Positions 20,199 to 33,031 of a stretch of DNA of 64,000 nt are shown piece after piece; position 1 is the first letter of the stretch, and every line of letters begins with the position of its first letter. The stretch is from Paraspadella gotoi (Eukaryota > Animalia > Chaetognatha). The notes beneath the pieces were generated by a model. It had not been told where the DNA came from. It searched no databases and saw only the letters and a program-made list of their open reading frames with translations. Location: the NCBI GenBank assembly GCA_051294375.1, contig CM119264.1, positions 25,484,051 through 25,548,050 on the forward strand. The letters are read 5' to 3'. The position numbers and the translations under genes are program-made.

Positions 20199-21715
20199 AC
20201 AGACAGAAGAGTAATGAAAAACCAGTGGCAAAGAAATGGTTTATTGGTTCGACGAGCTCATCTCGAGAGGTCGACCTGGAGGCGACAAAGTCAGAGGGCC
20301 CGAGGGAGGGAAGGAGGGAGGGAGCGGGAGGGAGGGAGGAAGGAGAGGAAGGAGAGGGAGTTAAGGAGAGGGTGGGGGAGACCGCGTTGAAGGGAAATGA
20401 TGCGGAGGATTTCGTAGAGGTGAAAAGAGGTGAAAATGTGAAGAACTAAATTAAATAAGTCTCTGCGGTAACAAACAATTAAAAATGGATATTGAATTCT
20501 TATGACTAATTCCAAAGATGCAAAATAATAATTAAACAAACTCAGCATGAACAAAAAGATCCTCTGTTCTTACTTTCTCTTTTCCGACGTGGATGAAGAA
20601 ATAATGGAACGAAATGGAAGAGAGAAAGAAACGACGACGACGACGACGACGCCAACAACAATAATGACAACAACAACTGATGCTCGTTTTTTCACATCAT
20701 CATTCGTCAGGTCGACATTTGGCGCAAAAAAAAAGGAGGCGAAAATGGGGAGAGAAAATAAGAAAGTGAGCGGCGATCGTTTCGCGTCTCTCCTTCGTTA
20801 ATGGACTCTCTCGCGCGGAGAGGGCGTTCGAGGGGGGCGGCGCTAACGCTGGGAGGGGGGGGCGTACGGAAAGGTGGAGCTGGGAAAGGCAAGGTCATAT
20901 GGTCATCCCTTAAAAATTGTTCATTTAGTATTTACTAACTGGGCATCCTATGGGAACCGTTGTCAAAGTTTTTATCTTTTCTTGAAAAATATTTTGTCAT
21001 TTTTTCGTTGAAAAAATTTGATGCAAAAGTTATCTAGATTTAAAAATATTCTAAAAATATTTTCTTTTCTTAAAATTAAATTAAAAATTAAAATTTTTTT
21101 TTCAAAAAAAATAATATCTCAAAAAAAGTTTTGATTAAGAAAAAACAAAAAGAAAATGAGAAATAAGTTAAAGCAAACTTTTCAAAGACGCGAACAACGA
21201 GCAACACCCAAAAAAAAAATCAGTCATTATTCTTTCGAAAAAAGTAAAAAATTATAAATTATTCAGTTACCCCGTTAAAAAAAAACAATATTTCTGTTAA
21301 TTGAAAATGACATCCATATCGAAAGTAAAATAAGAAATATCTTCAAATCAACTGAAGAAACTTAATCCAAAACTTTTACTTGTGTACCAATTTCATAGTC
21401 TAAAAACTTTTTTCTTGATAAAACTGAGTGAAAAGGAATAAGATTTAAACAGGGAAAGTTTAATTTCAAGTACAGGTATCTTTTTTTTTTTGTTAATGTT
21501 TTTAAAATTTTCGCTTTGTCTATAATTTCATTTTAAATTAGTTTTGTTGTTAATGATGAGATGTTGATGATGTTGCTTTTGAAATAACTATTTTATTAAA
21601 AAATTCCAATCTCGCATTTGATTACCCCGTGAACCAAAGGTACAAAGTGGTAATATTACGTACGTATCTGCATTATTATCAAAAGCGTTAAATCTTTTTA
21701 AATCTTTTTCTCAGC

Positions 21716-24085
21716 ATGATATTCGTAAAATTATTGACGCTGGTGATCACCAGTGCAATGACTATCGCTGACATTGGTACTGACCTGAAGACGATGGCGG
21801 ACGGTCTGTCCGCTGTCGCTTGGTCCTACAAGATCATCGGCTTCTTCAATCTCGGAGTCGTCATCTTTCACAGTCTCGTCGCCGCAGTTCATTGTCTCCA
21901 ACGGGTCTTCAAAAATCGAGCCATCTACTCTCGACTCTTCAGCTCCAGTCGATGGAAAATCTTCACGGTTATCGCACAGGTTTTGGGAATAGGATCCATT
22001 CCTTTGGCGATTGATTTGTATTTTGATGAAGAGTGTGGAACGATTTTGCCGAAAACTCTTCGCAAGAAAGAAGAGCTCCTGTTTTCGCTAAATGCTGCGC
22101 ACACTCTCCTGGAATCATTTCCGCAGATGTTGCTGCAAACTGCCGCGTTTTTGATATCGCTGACCGGTGGCACCGACGAGCAGTGTTTTCCGAATGGAAC
22201 TGCGACTCGCGGATTGAGTATTCATTTGGGAGAAGTTTATCTCATAGATCGCAATGGCGACTTTAACGCCACGAATGAACCCTGCATCTGCAAAGCTAAT
22301 TCATTTTTTCAGCATGATTTTTTTAAAGAATTTACATGCAGTTGGGAGGTCAAAAATTATTTTGCATTGATATCAGCTGCACTTTCATCAGCGAGTGTTG
22401 CCAAACTAGCCTCTGCGTTCAGAGTTATGCAGATAGAGGTAGGACAAAATGATAAAGAGAATGCTCAATTTAAAGTATTTCTGGTAATAGGAATTGTACA
22501 AGGTATCATTGGTTTGAGTACTTGCCTCTATGTGGTATTCATATCTGCTTGGAATGTTTCTATATTATACCTTGTCATTTCTCCTTTTATAATTTTAAGA
22601 GTTTTAATGCTTTTGGATATAAAGATGATCATTAAAAGCTTATTAGCAGAAGATGTTTTTTTAAGACAAAAATCATATATAAGAGACACAATTTTGATAA
22701 ATCCGCTTTTTTCCTTTTTAGTAATGTCTTCAGTTTTAACTTTAAACAAACATATTTATATCAGTGAAAAAATCGATTTTTATCAAAATCGTGCGACTTC
22801 TGGTTTAGCACTCTTACATGTAAACAAGTTTCCTACTGTTTGGATTTTTGGTAAAAATATTGGAAGTAATTTTCCAAATCCTTTAAAATTCCAATGCATA
22901 AAAATACAACACGGTACTGGCGTCGCCAGGTGGCAGAAATTTTCACGTTGTAGGCCGTATATGGTTATCTGGGAAAGCTGGAACAAGTACGAAGAATATA
23001 AATATAAACACGAATTTCGACGTTCTCTGGCTTATAAATTAAGAATAGGAAACTATAAGTTTTTCAAACCAAAGTATTCGTCCTCTTTAATTCTGCTGTT
23101 TTGTGACATTTTATTTGGAGGAATCTACATGACGTGGCTAAATCTTATCTTAAAAAAAAATGCTCAAGACATTTGTATTAGTTTACAAATTTTTTTAACG
23201 ATAATAATAATTATAATAATAAATTATCTGAATTCTTATAGGTTTGATTATGTTAAAAAGGAGTATAATAAAGTTTTGAAACCAATAGTAATGCCAAGTT
23301 CAAAAACGTTAGCGAGTGCGAAAGTAATGTTTTTAGATGCAGAAAATCAACTTTACAAATCTGGAAAGTTATTTTGTGATTTTTGGTTATGCACATTAGG
23401 AACAATAATTCTTTTTAAAATTCAAAAAATATTGGCTAAATTGAGAAAAAATAAAAATATGCTGATCATTATTATTCTTTTAGGAAGTTTGTCGCTTATT
23501 CTACCCTATTTTACTATTAAAAAAATTGCTGACAAAAAAGTTAAAGAAAATCTCGCTCTTATCATTAGAAAGTATTGTGGCATATTAATAAAACGTCCAA
23601 TTGATATTCAAGTCTACAGCAAGTTTCATTGCCACATTTATACATATTTAGCCCTTAAGGAATATTTTTTCATTTGTATTTGTTTTTCTTTTTCCCCTTT
23701 ATTAATTATATTTAAAACCACGTTGAGCTTTTGTTCGATTTTAAGACAAATTCAAGTAAGAAAAATTTTATACCAAATGTTTGCAACCACGTTTTATTTT
23801 AGTTTGTACGTTGTGGTTCAGTTTAGTTTAAAGGTAGGAGAATTTCCTCTGAAAAAGATTGGAATAAGTAATTCAATTTCGTTAGAGAATTATCGACCAG
23901 AAATCTGTTCGCGCGGAATTCAGTCAGTGGCGCTTAATGTTCGGAAGTTTAATAATCCTTCGGTTTATGAATATGTCAACGCTTTCGCCACTTCAAAATC
24001 TGACGCAATGTTTACTGATTACGGAGATTTGGCCTATCTCATTCTACTAGTGATATCTCCGCTCTGTCTGCTTCTTTGCTACTAA
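21716..24085 (+). CDS. XK-related (Xkr/CED-8-like) multi-pass membrane protein, 789 aa, uninterrupted ORF
   Basis: The only long clean ORF in the window. It has many hydrophobic segments and the XK-family-like motifs ADIGTDL (DxxxD in TM1) and LLESFPQMLLQ (cf. LESAPQLxLQ), followed by an S-rich helix ISAALSSASVA. A polypyrimidine tract plus CAG acceptor lies immediately before the ATG, suggesting a 5'UTR intron. A paralog is present at 45-2287. Confidence 0.75.
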   Translation: MIFVKLLTLVITSAMTIADIGTDLKTMADGLSAVAWSYKIIGFFNLGVVIFHSLVAAVHCLQRVFKNRAIYSRLFSSSRWKIFTVIAQVLGIGSIPLAIDLYFDEECGTILPKTLRKKEELLFSLNAAHTLLESFPQMLLQTAAFLISLTGGTDEQCFPNGTATRGLSIHLGEVYLIDRNGDFNATNEPCICKANSFFQHDFFKEFTCSWEVKNYFALISAALSSASVAKLASAFRVMQIEVGQNDKENAQFKVFLVIGIVQGIIGLSTCLYVVFISAWNVSILYLVISPFIILRVLMLLDIKMIIKSLLAEDVFLRQKSYIRDTILINPLFSFLVMSSVLTLNKHIYISEKIDFYQNRATSGLALLHVNKFPTVWIFGKNIGSNFPNPLKFQCIKIQHGTGVARWQKFSRCRPYMVIWESWNKYEEYKYKHEFRRSLAYKLRIGNYKFFKPKYSSSLILLFCDILFGGIYMTWLNLILKKNAQDICISLQIFLTIIIIIIINYLNSYRFDYVKKEYNKVLKPIVMPSSKTLASAKVMFLDAENQLYKSGKLFCDFWLCTLGTIILFKIQKILAKLRKNKNMLIIIILLGSLSLILPYFTIKKIADKKVKENLALIIRKYCGILIKRPIDIQVYSKFHCHIYTYLALKEYFFICICFSFSPLLIIFKTTLSFCSILRQIQVRKILYQMFATTFYFSLYVVVQFSLKVGEFPLKKIGISNSISLENYRPEICSRGIQSVALNVRKFNNPSVYEYVNAFATSKSDAMFTDYGDLAYLILLVISPLCLLLCY

Positions 24086-26414
24086 AAGTCAAACATAGAT
24101 TCACAAATTATATATTTATCTCCAAATGTAGATAACAAAATAATACGAAAGAAATAATAACGAGAAAAGAAGCCCCAAAAACTTGGAAAAAGTTATGGAA
24201 TTAGCCAAAATGATTTTGTCTATGATTATCATAATCATTATTATTCTGATGAAAAAACTTTTATTGTCTTTTTATCTTTTAAATCGTTAGAAAAGTAAAA
24301 GCTGTAATAACTACTTTCGTTTTGAGTTCCAAAATTATTTTTGATTTGCATTTAAAAAAACAGAAGGAAATTTACCAAAATGGAAAGATACGTACTTTCA
24401 AAAAATGTATTGTACACTGACTCTAAATGAAATTTCAAGTGGATTTTATACTCTATTCTAAGAATACGTGAAAACTGCTTAAATTATTGGTATTGTCTTT
24501 AAATTCGTCTTGTGAAATAAATAAATATCTTTCGATCTTTTTGGCAATCGTAATTAATAAACTCATTATTAAAACCGATTTAATAAATTAATATAGGTAA
24601 AAAATGTACATTGTCTAATGAAAACATTGTTGAATAAGACTGCAGATCAAAATTCGAATTGTTAATCATGAACTGTCTTTTACTAAAAAATATTGATATA
24701 TATAGCCTATATTTTTTATACTAAAATTTAATTATAAGTTTTTATAACAGTTTTTTTAGGATTTGGACACACTTAATATAATATGTAATATGAATTATAT
24801 TTCCTTTTATCAAGTTTTCGTGAGAAATTCGAATCTGGTTTAAAAAATAAGAATGGTATTCATGGTGTAATCCTTTCTTTCGTTGTTTTGGAGAGATTAG
24901 CAAAGCGCTGAAGAAGGCTCGAATTTTGTGATCCGAAAAGTGTCTGCATCCTATTAAATAAAATCGTTGTACAAAATTAAAAACTTTGCTAAAAAAATAA
25001 GAAAAAAAATTATTTTTTTTACATTTTCTGTGGTGAGTACTTTGTATAAACATGGGCTAATATAAAAATTGAAAAATAAAAAGTAAATTTTATGTTAATA
25101 TTAAATGTTCACAGGTACAAGCCTGTTCATGATCTACTATTCGAATTTCGATTCTACTTGATGTTAATATTATCGGTACGCTTTATTGTTCAACATCAAA
25201 GAAAGGAAATGATGGGGTTATGAGTGGCGGTTCTGATGGAGTTAGTGGATGCGGTAAAGAAGGTACTCCGCGTTGGAGGATGAATAATTGAGAAGCGTTC
25301 CAAACTCCCCCTTTTTTTTTCTTTTCGTCGCGACAAAAACTCGAGAGTCGATGACAATAAAAACGAGACGAGTTTTGTCGACGCGAAACGACGACGCGAA
25401 AGAAAGATGACAAAGAGTAAGAACAAAGACGATCGGGCGTGAAGACAAGGGCGATGGCAATGACAACGGGAGACGCAATGACGATCTGGTCTGAGAAGAA
25501 GGTAAAAAGCATGAAGACAGAGGCGTGATGATCTTACGATACGATTATTACGAGCTGACTGGGGAATAGCATGGTGAGTTTGAGGACAAAGACAATCCAG
25601 ACTGATTACAATGACGAAAAGCGAGAGACGAGTTGACCAAATATAGGACGAAGTCTGGAACGACAGGAAACGAGGCCAATGGCAAAGACAATAACTATTG
25701 CAAAATTAAATTTAACGAATGAGAAAGACAAAGAACATAATTAAGCTAATTGGACTAAATTGTAAATAAAACAAAAGCCGTGATAATGCAAAGCCGTAAG
25801 AGAAGGCGACAAAGGGACCAAGGCGAATGCATACTCAAGCGCAAAGGAGAACGACGGCGAAGTGATGCCAACTCTGGCGAAGTTCGTCTTCTCTTCCACA
25901 TTAGCATCTTCGACGCGACATCCGGTCCCCGGAAGACGTGATCGCCTTCGTTGCTCAAAACCAGAAGGGGCTCTGGGTTTTTTTTTGTCATTCCCGGAAG
26001 TTAAGATCAGGCTCTTGCCTGGTGGCTTAAATTTCTGGTTGCTCCTTGCATAAACATTTCGCGAAGAGCACCTGGGATCGCCTGACGGATGGGTGAGCGA
26101 TTTCTTTATTTGGTGTTTATCGTCAATTGTGTCAATTTCTTTGTCGTATAACACTTAACAAATACCTAATATTTCTATTTCTTTTCTATTAGTAAATATT
26201 TATAACGGTCCGTATATCGACTTAAATATTAAATAACCCTTGTTGGCCTCCGCATCAATTTTCTGGACCGCCTCATGAAAAATCTATACTGAAAACGGAT
26301 CCGAAAAAAATAGGGGAAAAAAATCGGAAGCCGAGAGAGAGCGAAAAAAATGCTGGCAAAACCGCGGGGAAGTAAAGTGAAAAAGAATGGAAAGAGAGGA
26401 AAGAACAAGTTTCC

Positions 26415-26497
<83 letters not shown>

Positions 26498-27182
26498 GCC
26501 CTCCTCTGACCGGAAACCGATGACGTATCAGCACCGGCCGCGGTTCCATCGAAAACCCAGCGCCGCGCGGCGGGAGACGGACAAAGCGGAAATCGATTGA
26601 TGCGAAACAAAAGGCTTCTTTTTTTTTCCCGGTCGAAGATTTATTGTTTACCGACGGATTTTTAACCGATTTTTTCCCGAAGCCCAAGTTTTTTCTCGAC
26701 GATTTATTTTGAGCGCGGTTCGACGAGTTGGGAGGCCGGGTGGAATGGAAAGGGAGGGGACGCTGGGAGAGGGGTTCGGTGGGGGGGGGGAAGTATTGGA
26801 AACAGTTGAGGTTGTTGAGGTTTTTACAGGAGAGAGGCTTCATCGCCGGGATTACTGAAGAGTGAAACCTAACAGGGTATTATATATATATATATATAAA
26901 ACTACAATCTTTATCAACGTAAATATTATATGGATTAAATCTGAATTGGCCACTTGATTTCTTTTTTAGAAGACGTTTTTTTGTGGCGTGAGAAAGATCG
27001 TGTTGAGAGTAAAGAGTGCGGGCAAAAGTTTTTACATTAAACTTTTTAAGGCAGATGAGGCGAAAAAATGAAAGAAATATTATTCCTTTTTTTTCAGTTA
27101 CTATTTTCGAGCCCGAGGAGAAATCGAGGGCCGATATCGGTCAGGGATAATGAATACTTCGGTTGAGAGAGAAAGAAAGAGA

Positions 27183-27243
<61 letters not shown>

Positions 27244-27328
27244 GATTGATGTCGTTTGCCGCGGGTGAATGCTCCTTCTTCGGGCTAGGGTAAGGGTGAC
27301 GGATAACGATGCGAGAAGAAAGCGACAA

Positions 27329-27402
<74 letters not shown>

Positions 27403-27479
27403 AAACGGATTCAGAGCGAGAAAGATCACGAGTCATAGCTGGATGAAGAAAATGACTGAAACGGCACCAAACAGAAAGT

Positions 27480-27680
<201 letters not shown>

Positions 27681-28368
27681 AAAAGTAAAGAAAAATAGGA
27701 AGGAGCAAGAAACAGAGCGAATGTGATGGATGGTCTCTTCCATTTCAAAGGCCTTTGACAGACGATGTTCGGCCGCGTCTCTCGCCAAGAGGCGGAAGCC
27801 AAATCGACAACAAGGAGTTGACAACAAAGTCCGACCGAACAACATCGAAGAACAAGACAACACCGACGTTGACAACAACGAAATCGAAAGCAACGACAAG
27901 AACAGGACAACAACAAAGAAAACATCCAAGTTGAATGGAACAACTTAAGAATAAGCCAACGATGACGACAACAAAGTCTAAAGCAACAACGATGAGGAAC
28001 GAGACAACATCGACGACAACAATGCCCAATGCAACACGGAAAGTGTGATGAATAAACAAAATCAACATCAACAACGGCTAATAAAAAATCGAAATTGATA
28101 ACAGGGAATGCAATATCTTCTAGGATAAACCACAACAATGATCGGAATAACAATGACGACATCCAATACAGAGAAGAATACGAAACTGACATCACAGACT
28201 TTCGGCTAATCTGTGATGACAACAGTGAGACCTCAGGGGACAAAACACGTTGAGCCAGCGTTCAAAAAAAAAAAAGAGAGAGAAAACAAAAGGAAAACAC
28301 GATGCTCATCAAACCCACGAGTTGACGAAGGCAATAAAGATATAGAGAGTGGGACGACAACGAGGACA

Positions 28369-28400
<32 letters not shown>

Positions 28401-28538
28401 ATCGACGACCATCCCGACTGCCATGTCGACGATGATCATGCCTAAGCCTACAACGACTAAGACGACTACCATGCCGACAACAACTACCATGCCGACGACG
28501 ACCACCTTTCCAACAACGACTAAACCAACATCCGTTCA

Positions 28539-28766
28539 GACGACGACGACCTTACTGACATGCCAACAGACATGTCGATGACGACGACCTTACTGACATG
28601 CCAACAGCCATGTCGACGACGAAGTCCTTACTGACATGCCAACAGCCATGTCGACGACGAAGTCCTTACTGACATGCCAATATCCATTCTGACGACGACG
28701 ACCTTACTGACATGCCAACAGCCATGTCGATGACGAAGTCCTTACTGACATGCCAACAGCCATGTC
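28539..28766 (+). repeat. 38-bp minisatellite, 6 copies
   Basis: Unit gacgacgacgaccttactgacatgccaacagccatgtc; the cttact anchor is at 28551, 28589 and onward with period 38. Confidence 0.9.
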
Positions 28767-29910
28767 GACGACGACGAAAAAAAACTTAGCCGAAGTTGTT
28801 TTTTTTTGTTGACCACGAAAAGGGGGACCGAGTCTTGCGTCTGTCTAATCGATTCTTGAACGAAAAAAGAAAATTGAGAGGAAATCCGAAAAACTTTATG
28901 CTAAGAAGTCGGATGGAATCGATTGAGTGGTTCGGGGGGGGGGAGTGGAAATGAAGACGGGGGGAGGTGGGGAGGTGAGGACGGGGGAGGCGGAAAGAGA
29001 ACTACTTTGTAATTTTCTAAAATGTGATGACGAAAGGGATGACAAAGATTGTCGGGTTTTTTTTTGTTTATTTTTTTGCGAAAAAAAAAGCGTTGAGGAA
29101 GACGATGACCAAGACGAAGACAACAAAGATGACGACGATGACAAAGACGAAGACCGCAATGACGATGACGATGAGGAAAACGACGACGACGACGACGGCA
29201 ATAACGGAAGTGATGTCGTGGACAAACACGCCCACTTACGTCGAAGGAAGGACATAGAAAGATCAGGACGATGACGTCCACGACAACAACAACAACAACA
29301 AAGAGGAAAGAAAACTGTGAAAATGTCGTGGAAGAAAATGAATTAGTTTTCAGGCTAAAAGCAAAACATAAAAATTGTGGACGAAAAAAAAAAGCTTTCG
29401 ATGCTAACTTAACTTGATGTTATTAGGCTTGACTATTATGTAATACTTGCTTTGTACTATATTCCCGTAAGTTTTGAGAGGACTACTAGGAAAATTATTT
29501 ATTGAAAGACATTGGTTGTCAGAAACTTAGCGGTCAATATTAAAAGTCGTTTTTGTGCTAGTAACTTTGATAGGTATGATATCGACAACCGTAAGAAAAA
29601 AGAGAAAAAAAAGGGAAAAAAAACGGACACTTAAAGATGATGTGACGGTAATAAAGCCCTTGAGAAAATTGATATGGAAACGACGACCTGGACGACGACG
29701 ACGACGATGACGAGACGACGACGACGACGACGGCGTCTCAAACGATGTCCGATGTTTCGAGTCAAACATAAACTCTTTTAAGATGATGTTGAGAACTTCA
29801 AGCAAAAATAGAAATGGTATTTTGAAACTAGAAATCAGGATATTTATTTTAAATAAAACATTTTATTTCATTTTATTATGCTCTTTTGATAGTATTTTAT
29901 TTCAGCTATT

Positions 29911-29925
29911 AATAATAATAATAAT

Positions 29926-30021
<96 letters not shown>
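29911..30021. repeat. (AAT)n microsatellite
   Basis: Directly visible. Confidence 0.95.
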
Positions 30022-30198
30022 TACTAAATAATGGCCTTAACGTTTGTTTTGATTTGTTCGAACTCCTATAAAATAGATTTTTATATTCCAAATTTTATTT
30101 TCCTTTTTAATCTCGGAAATAGAAGTTGGTAACGACCTTCGAGTCCTTGAACCGTGGTGTGCGCGCCGAACATAAACTCTGCGATGGAAAAAAGTCGT

Positions 30199-30269
<71 letters not shown>

Positions 30270-32538
30270 AGGAAAGAAGGAAAGAAAGAAAGAAAGAAGG
30301 AAAGAAATGAAGGAAGGAAGGAAGGAAGGAAGGAAGGAGGAAAAGAAAAGAAAAGAAAAAGAAAACGAAAAGAAAGAAAAGAAAAGAAAAGAAAAGAAAA
30401 GAAAAGAAAATGATAAAATGAGAGATAGAAATAACCCTGAAGGCCGATTCCCTTTTTTTTCTCCGGGCAAAAGAAAGAAAATTAGACGACGACCCTAACA
30501 ACGACGACGCCGACGACGACGACGCCGACGACGATGACGACAACGCCGACGATGACGACGACGACGACGACGATGACGACGACGTCAAGTGTCGAAGCGA
30601 CGGAGAAATAAAAAGCCGAAGTAATTCCGTTCGCGTCGTTAAACTTTGCTTCCCCTTTTTTTGCTTGTTGAGCAAGCAGAGAGGAACATTTCTCAAGTTT
30701 ATTAATCACAGTCTTTTCGCGCGCCGATCGTTTAGAAAGAGAGAGAGAAAATGTTTGTATGTCACGTTGAAAATGAGTTGAGTGAGAATAGAAAAGTCTT
30801 TTTAGACTCTGCACTCGATATTTCATTTGAAATAATTTTTTTTTTTCATTTTTCTCGTTTTGAACGAAGTCACTTCGTCCTTCCCAAGTTCGGAAATGAG
30901 AATTTAAATTGTGAATTTCTCAAAAAACGTCAATTGTTACATAATTTTTTTTTCATCTCATTTTATTAAATTGATTTTTTTTCTGTCCAACAAAATATAA
31001 ATTGTTTTTAGACATTTCTACTACTTCATACACACCTAAAACTAGTATTTTGATATCAAAATTGACAAAAAACGAAACGATTTTCAGTTCCAAATGTCGA
31101 CCCATTCCACCACCATCTCCAAACACCCCACGCCACCCTTCAGCTCTCTCCGTCATTTTTTCGTCCATTTTCACGAGTTTTCGCTTCCAAAGCGGACGAC
31201 CATTTTTTCTCCTAAATTTTCTTTTTTTCTTTTTTTCCCTTTTTTTTCCCTTTGAAATGTTTTTCTTCCGAAAACGAAATGTTTTCTTCGTTTCGTTGAA
31301 ATGTTTTCTCTTTCTCTCTCGTTGGGTTCTCCCTCCGTGTCGAGAGGCAAGGAGCTTCCATCACCGAGAGGCCAACAAATCTCCTCCCGTTCTTAACTTC
31401 TTACGTTCTCCCCTTTCTTTCTCCCACTCTCCTTTCTCTCTCCCACCAGACAAAAATTTCGAGACAGCATTTCATCCAGAATTACGCACTGACACGAACT
31501 TTATAACATTTTAGCTATTTACAAAACATTCTCTAAAAGCTAAATAAACTACCAAGCATCGATTTTTCCTAGAACCGAACGTGACCTGATTTTATCTCTA
31601 GCCTCTCACCAGCCTTCGATTCACTCCCATTCATAACTCCCGTCGCTTTGAATCGTTTTTCTCCGCCCGCATTACCCTAAGATCCCAATTCTCACAAATT
31701 CACTCGTCCCCCCCCTCGGCTCACGGATCTCGTTCACGCCGCCTCAACGATCCCAATTCACCCCCGGCTTCGCTCCCCAGTGAAAAACGACATCGCCAAG
31801 GTCGACTGCGCTGTAACTCTTCGCTTTTGGGCCGCGAGAGCGAGGAAGGGTCGTCCAGGGCGCCGGGGGGGAGGAGGGGGCAAAGAGGAACGAGGAGACG
31901 AAGTGGAAGCGTGAAAAAAAGGGGATCGATGGAAAAGAGAAAAACAAGTTGAAACAAGAGTTGACATCGGGCGGCGAAGCAAATTGTTTTTCGTTCTTAA
32001 AAAAAGTTTGTTTCAATACACTAAATTTAATTATTTTCTATTTACTTTTTAGGTTTTTGTTTTTGTTTTATTCGCTATTTATCGTTCTTTTTTCCAAGTT
32101 AAATAGTCTATATTGTAATATTTATGTCTTTCCACCAGATCAAATTTAAATGATATTAAAATAATATTATTGTTGACGTCACGAAAATTCCTCCCTTTCT
32201 ACAGGTGAAGAAAGGCGTTCGTCTTTCGTACAAGGTTTTTTGGTATTATTTTTCAGTCTTTTGAATTAAAACTTTGAAGGGAAAAAGTAAAGGATTAAAT
32301 TTCGTGGCGAAATCATTTTAAGAATAAAAAGTTATTTTCCATGTGTTGTGGTTTTTTCTATTCAAAGTTATTTTTTCTCTCCTATTGTGTAGTCGGGCAT
32401 TGCCTAGGTTCACCCCGCCTAGAAACATGACGCTTTCAGTTGTGACCCGGTGGCTCATTGAGTAAAGCCATCAGCTTCATGACCACTAGGTACCGGGTTC
32501 AATCCCAACACGGTACCTACTCTGCGGGAAGCGTGAGG

Positions 32539-32627
32539 ATGGCCGTAAGCCGCCTTGGGGGTATGGCAAAACCCTCAAGCCTGGTTCCAAGCCCAGGACC
32601 CGTTCCATGGCTGCTAGAGGGGGTTAT
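32539..32627 (+). ncRNA. Twister-like self-cleaving ribozyme motif, copy 1
   Basis: P1 ATGGCC/GGTTAT; TAA; GCC-GC; P3 TTGGGGGT/ACCCTCAA; P4 CCTGG-[TTCC AA GC]-CCAGG; GAGGG. This resembles the twister core GCCGGUCCCAAGCCCGG...GAGGG. The P2/3' junction has extra nucleotides, so activity is unproven. Confidence 0.5.
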
Positions 32628-32943
32628 AGAAGTTACGGACAGTCATCTTCAGCCCACGTAGCGCCTTATTCACACTCGGAGCCCATCCTGTCGAGCGTAT
32701 TCCAACCTTCTGATTCCAGGCCCTTGGTCTAGCTGAAGATTGCTCCCCTCCTACACTGGAAGCAGTGCAGGGTGGGTTACAATCTGGGGGCATGTAGTCG
32801 GGGCATTGCCTAGGTTCACCCCGCCTAGAAAACATGACGCTTTCAGTTGTGACCCGGGTGCTCATTGAGTAAAGCCATCAGCTCATGACCACGAGGTACC
32901 GGGTTCAATCCCAACACGGTACCTACTCTGCGGAAGCGTGAGG

Positions 32944-33031
32944 ACGGCCGTAAGCCGCCTTGGGGGCATGGCAAACCCTCAAGCCTGGTTCCAAGCCCAG
33001 GGACCCGTTCCATGGCTGCTAGAGGGGTTAT
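32944..33031 (+). ncRNA. Twister-like self-cleaving ribozyme motif, copy 2
   Basis: Same motif in the second repeat unit (ggccgtaagccgccttgggggc..accctcaagcctggttccaagcccagg...gaggggttat) with small indels and substitutions. Confidence 0.45.

Noticed and set aside
28539-28766. CRISPR-like appearance (short palindromic repeats)
   Set aside because: The units are contiguous with no unique spacers, there are no cas genes, and the context is a spliced eukaryotic genome.
32445-32516. Functional tRNA gene
   Set aside because: A and B boxes are present but the acceptor and anticodon stems do not form a proper cloverleaf; treated as a SINE-like head.
32733-32835. Hammerhead ribozyme (CTGAAGA ... 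GAAA)
   Set aside because: CUGANGA is present but I could not build stem II closing onto GAAA or a matching stem I/III with an NUH site. The same holds for the CTGATGA at ~56016.
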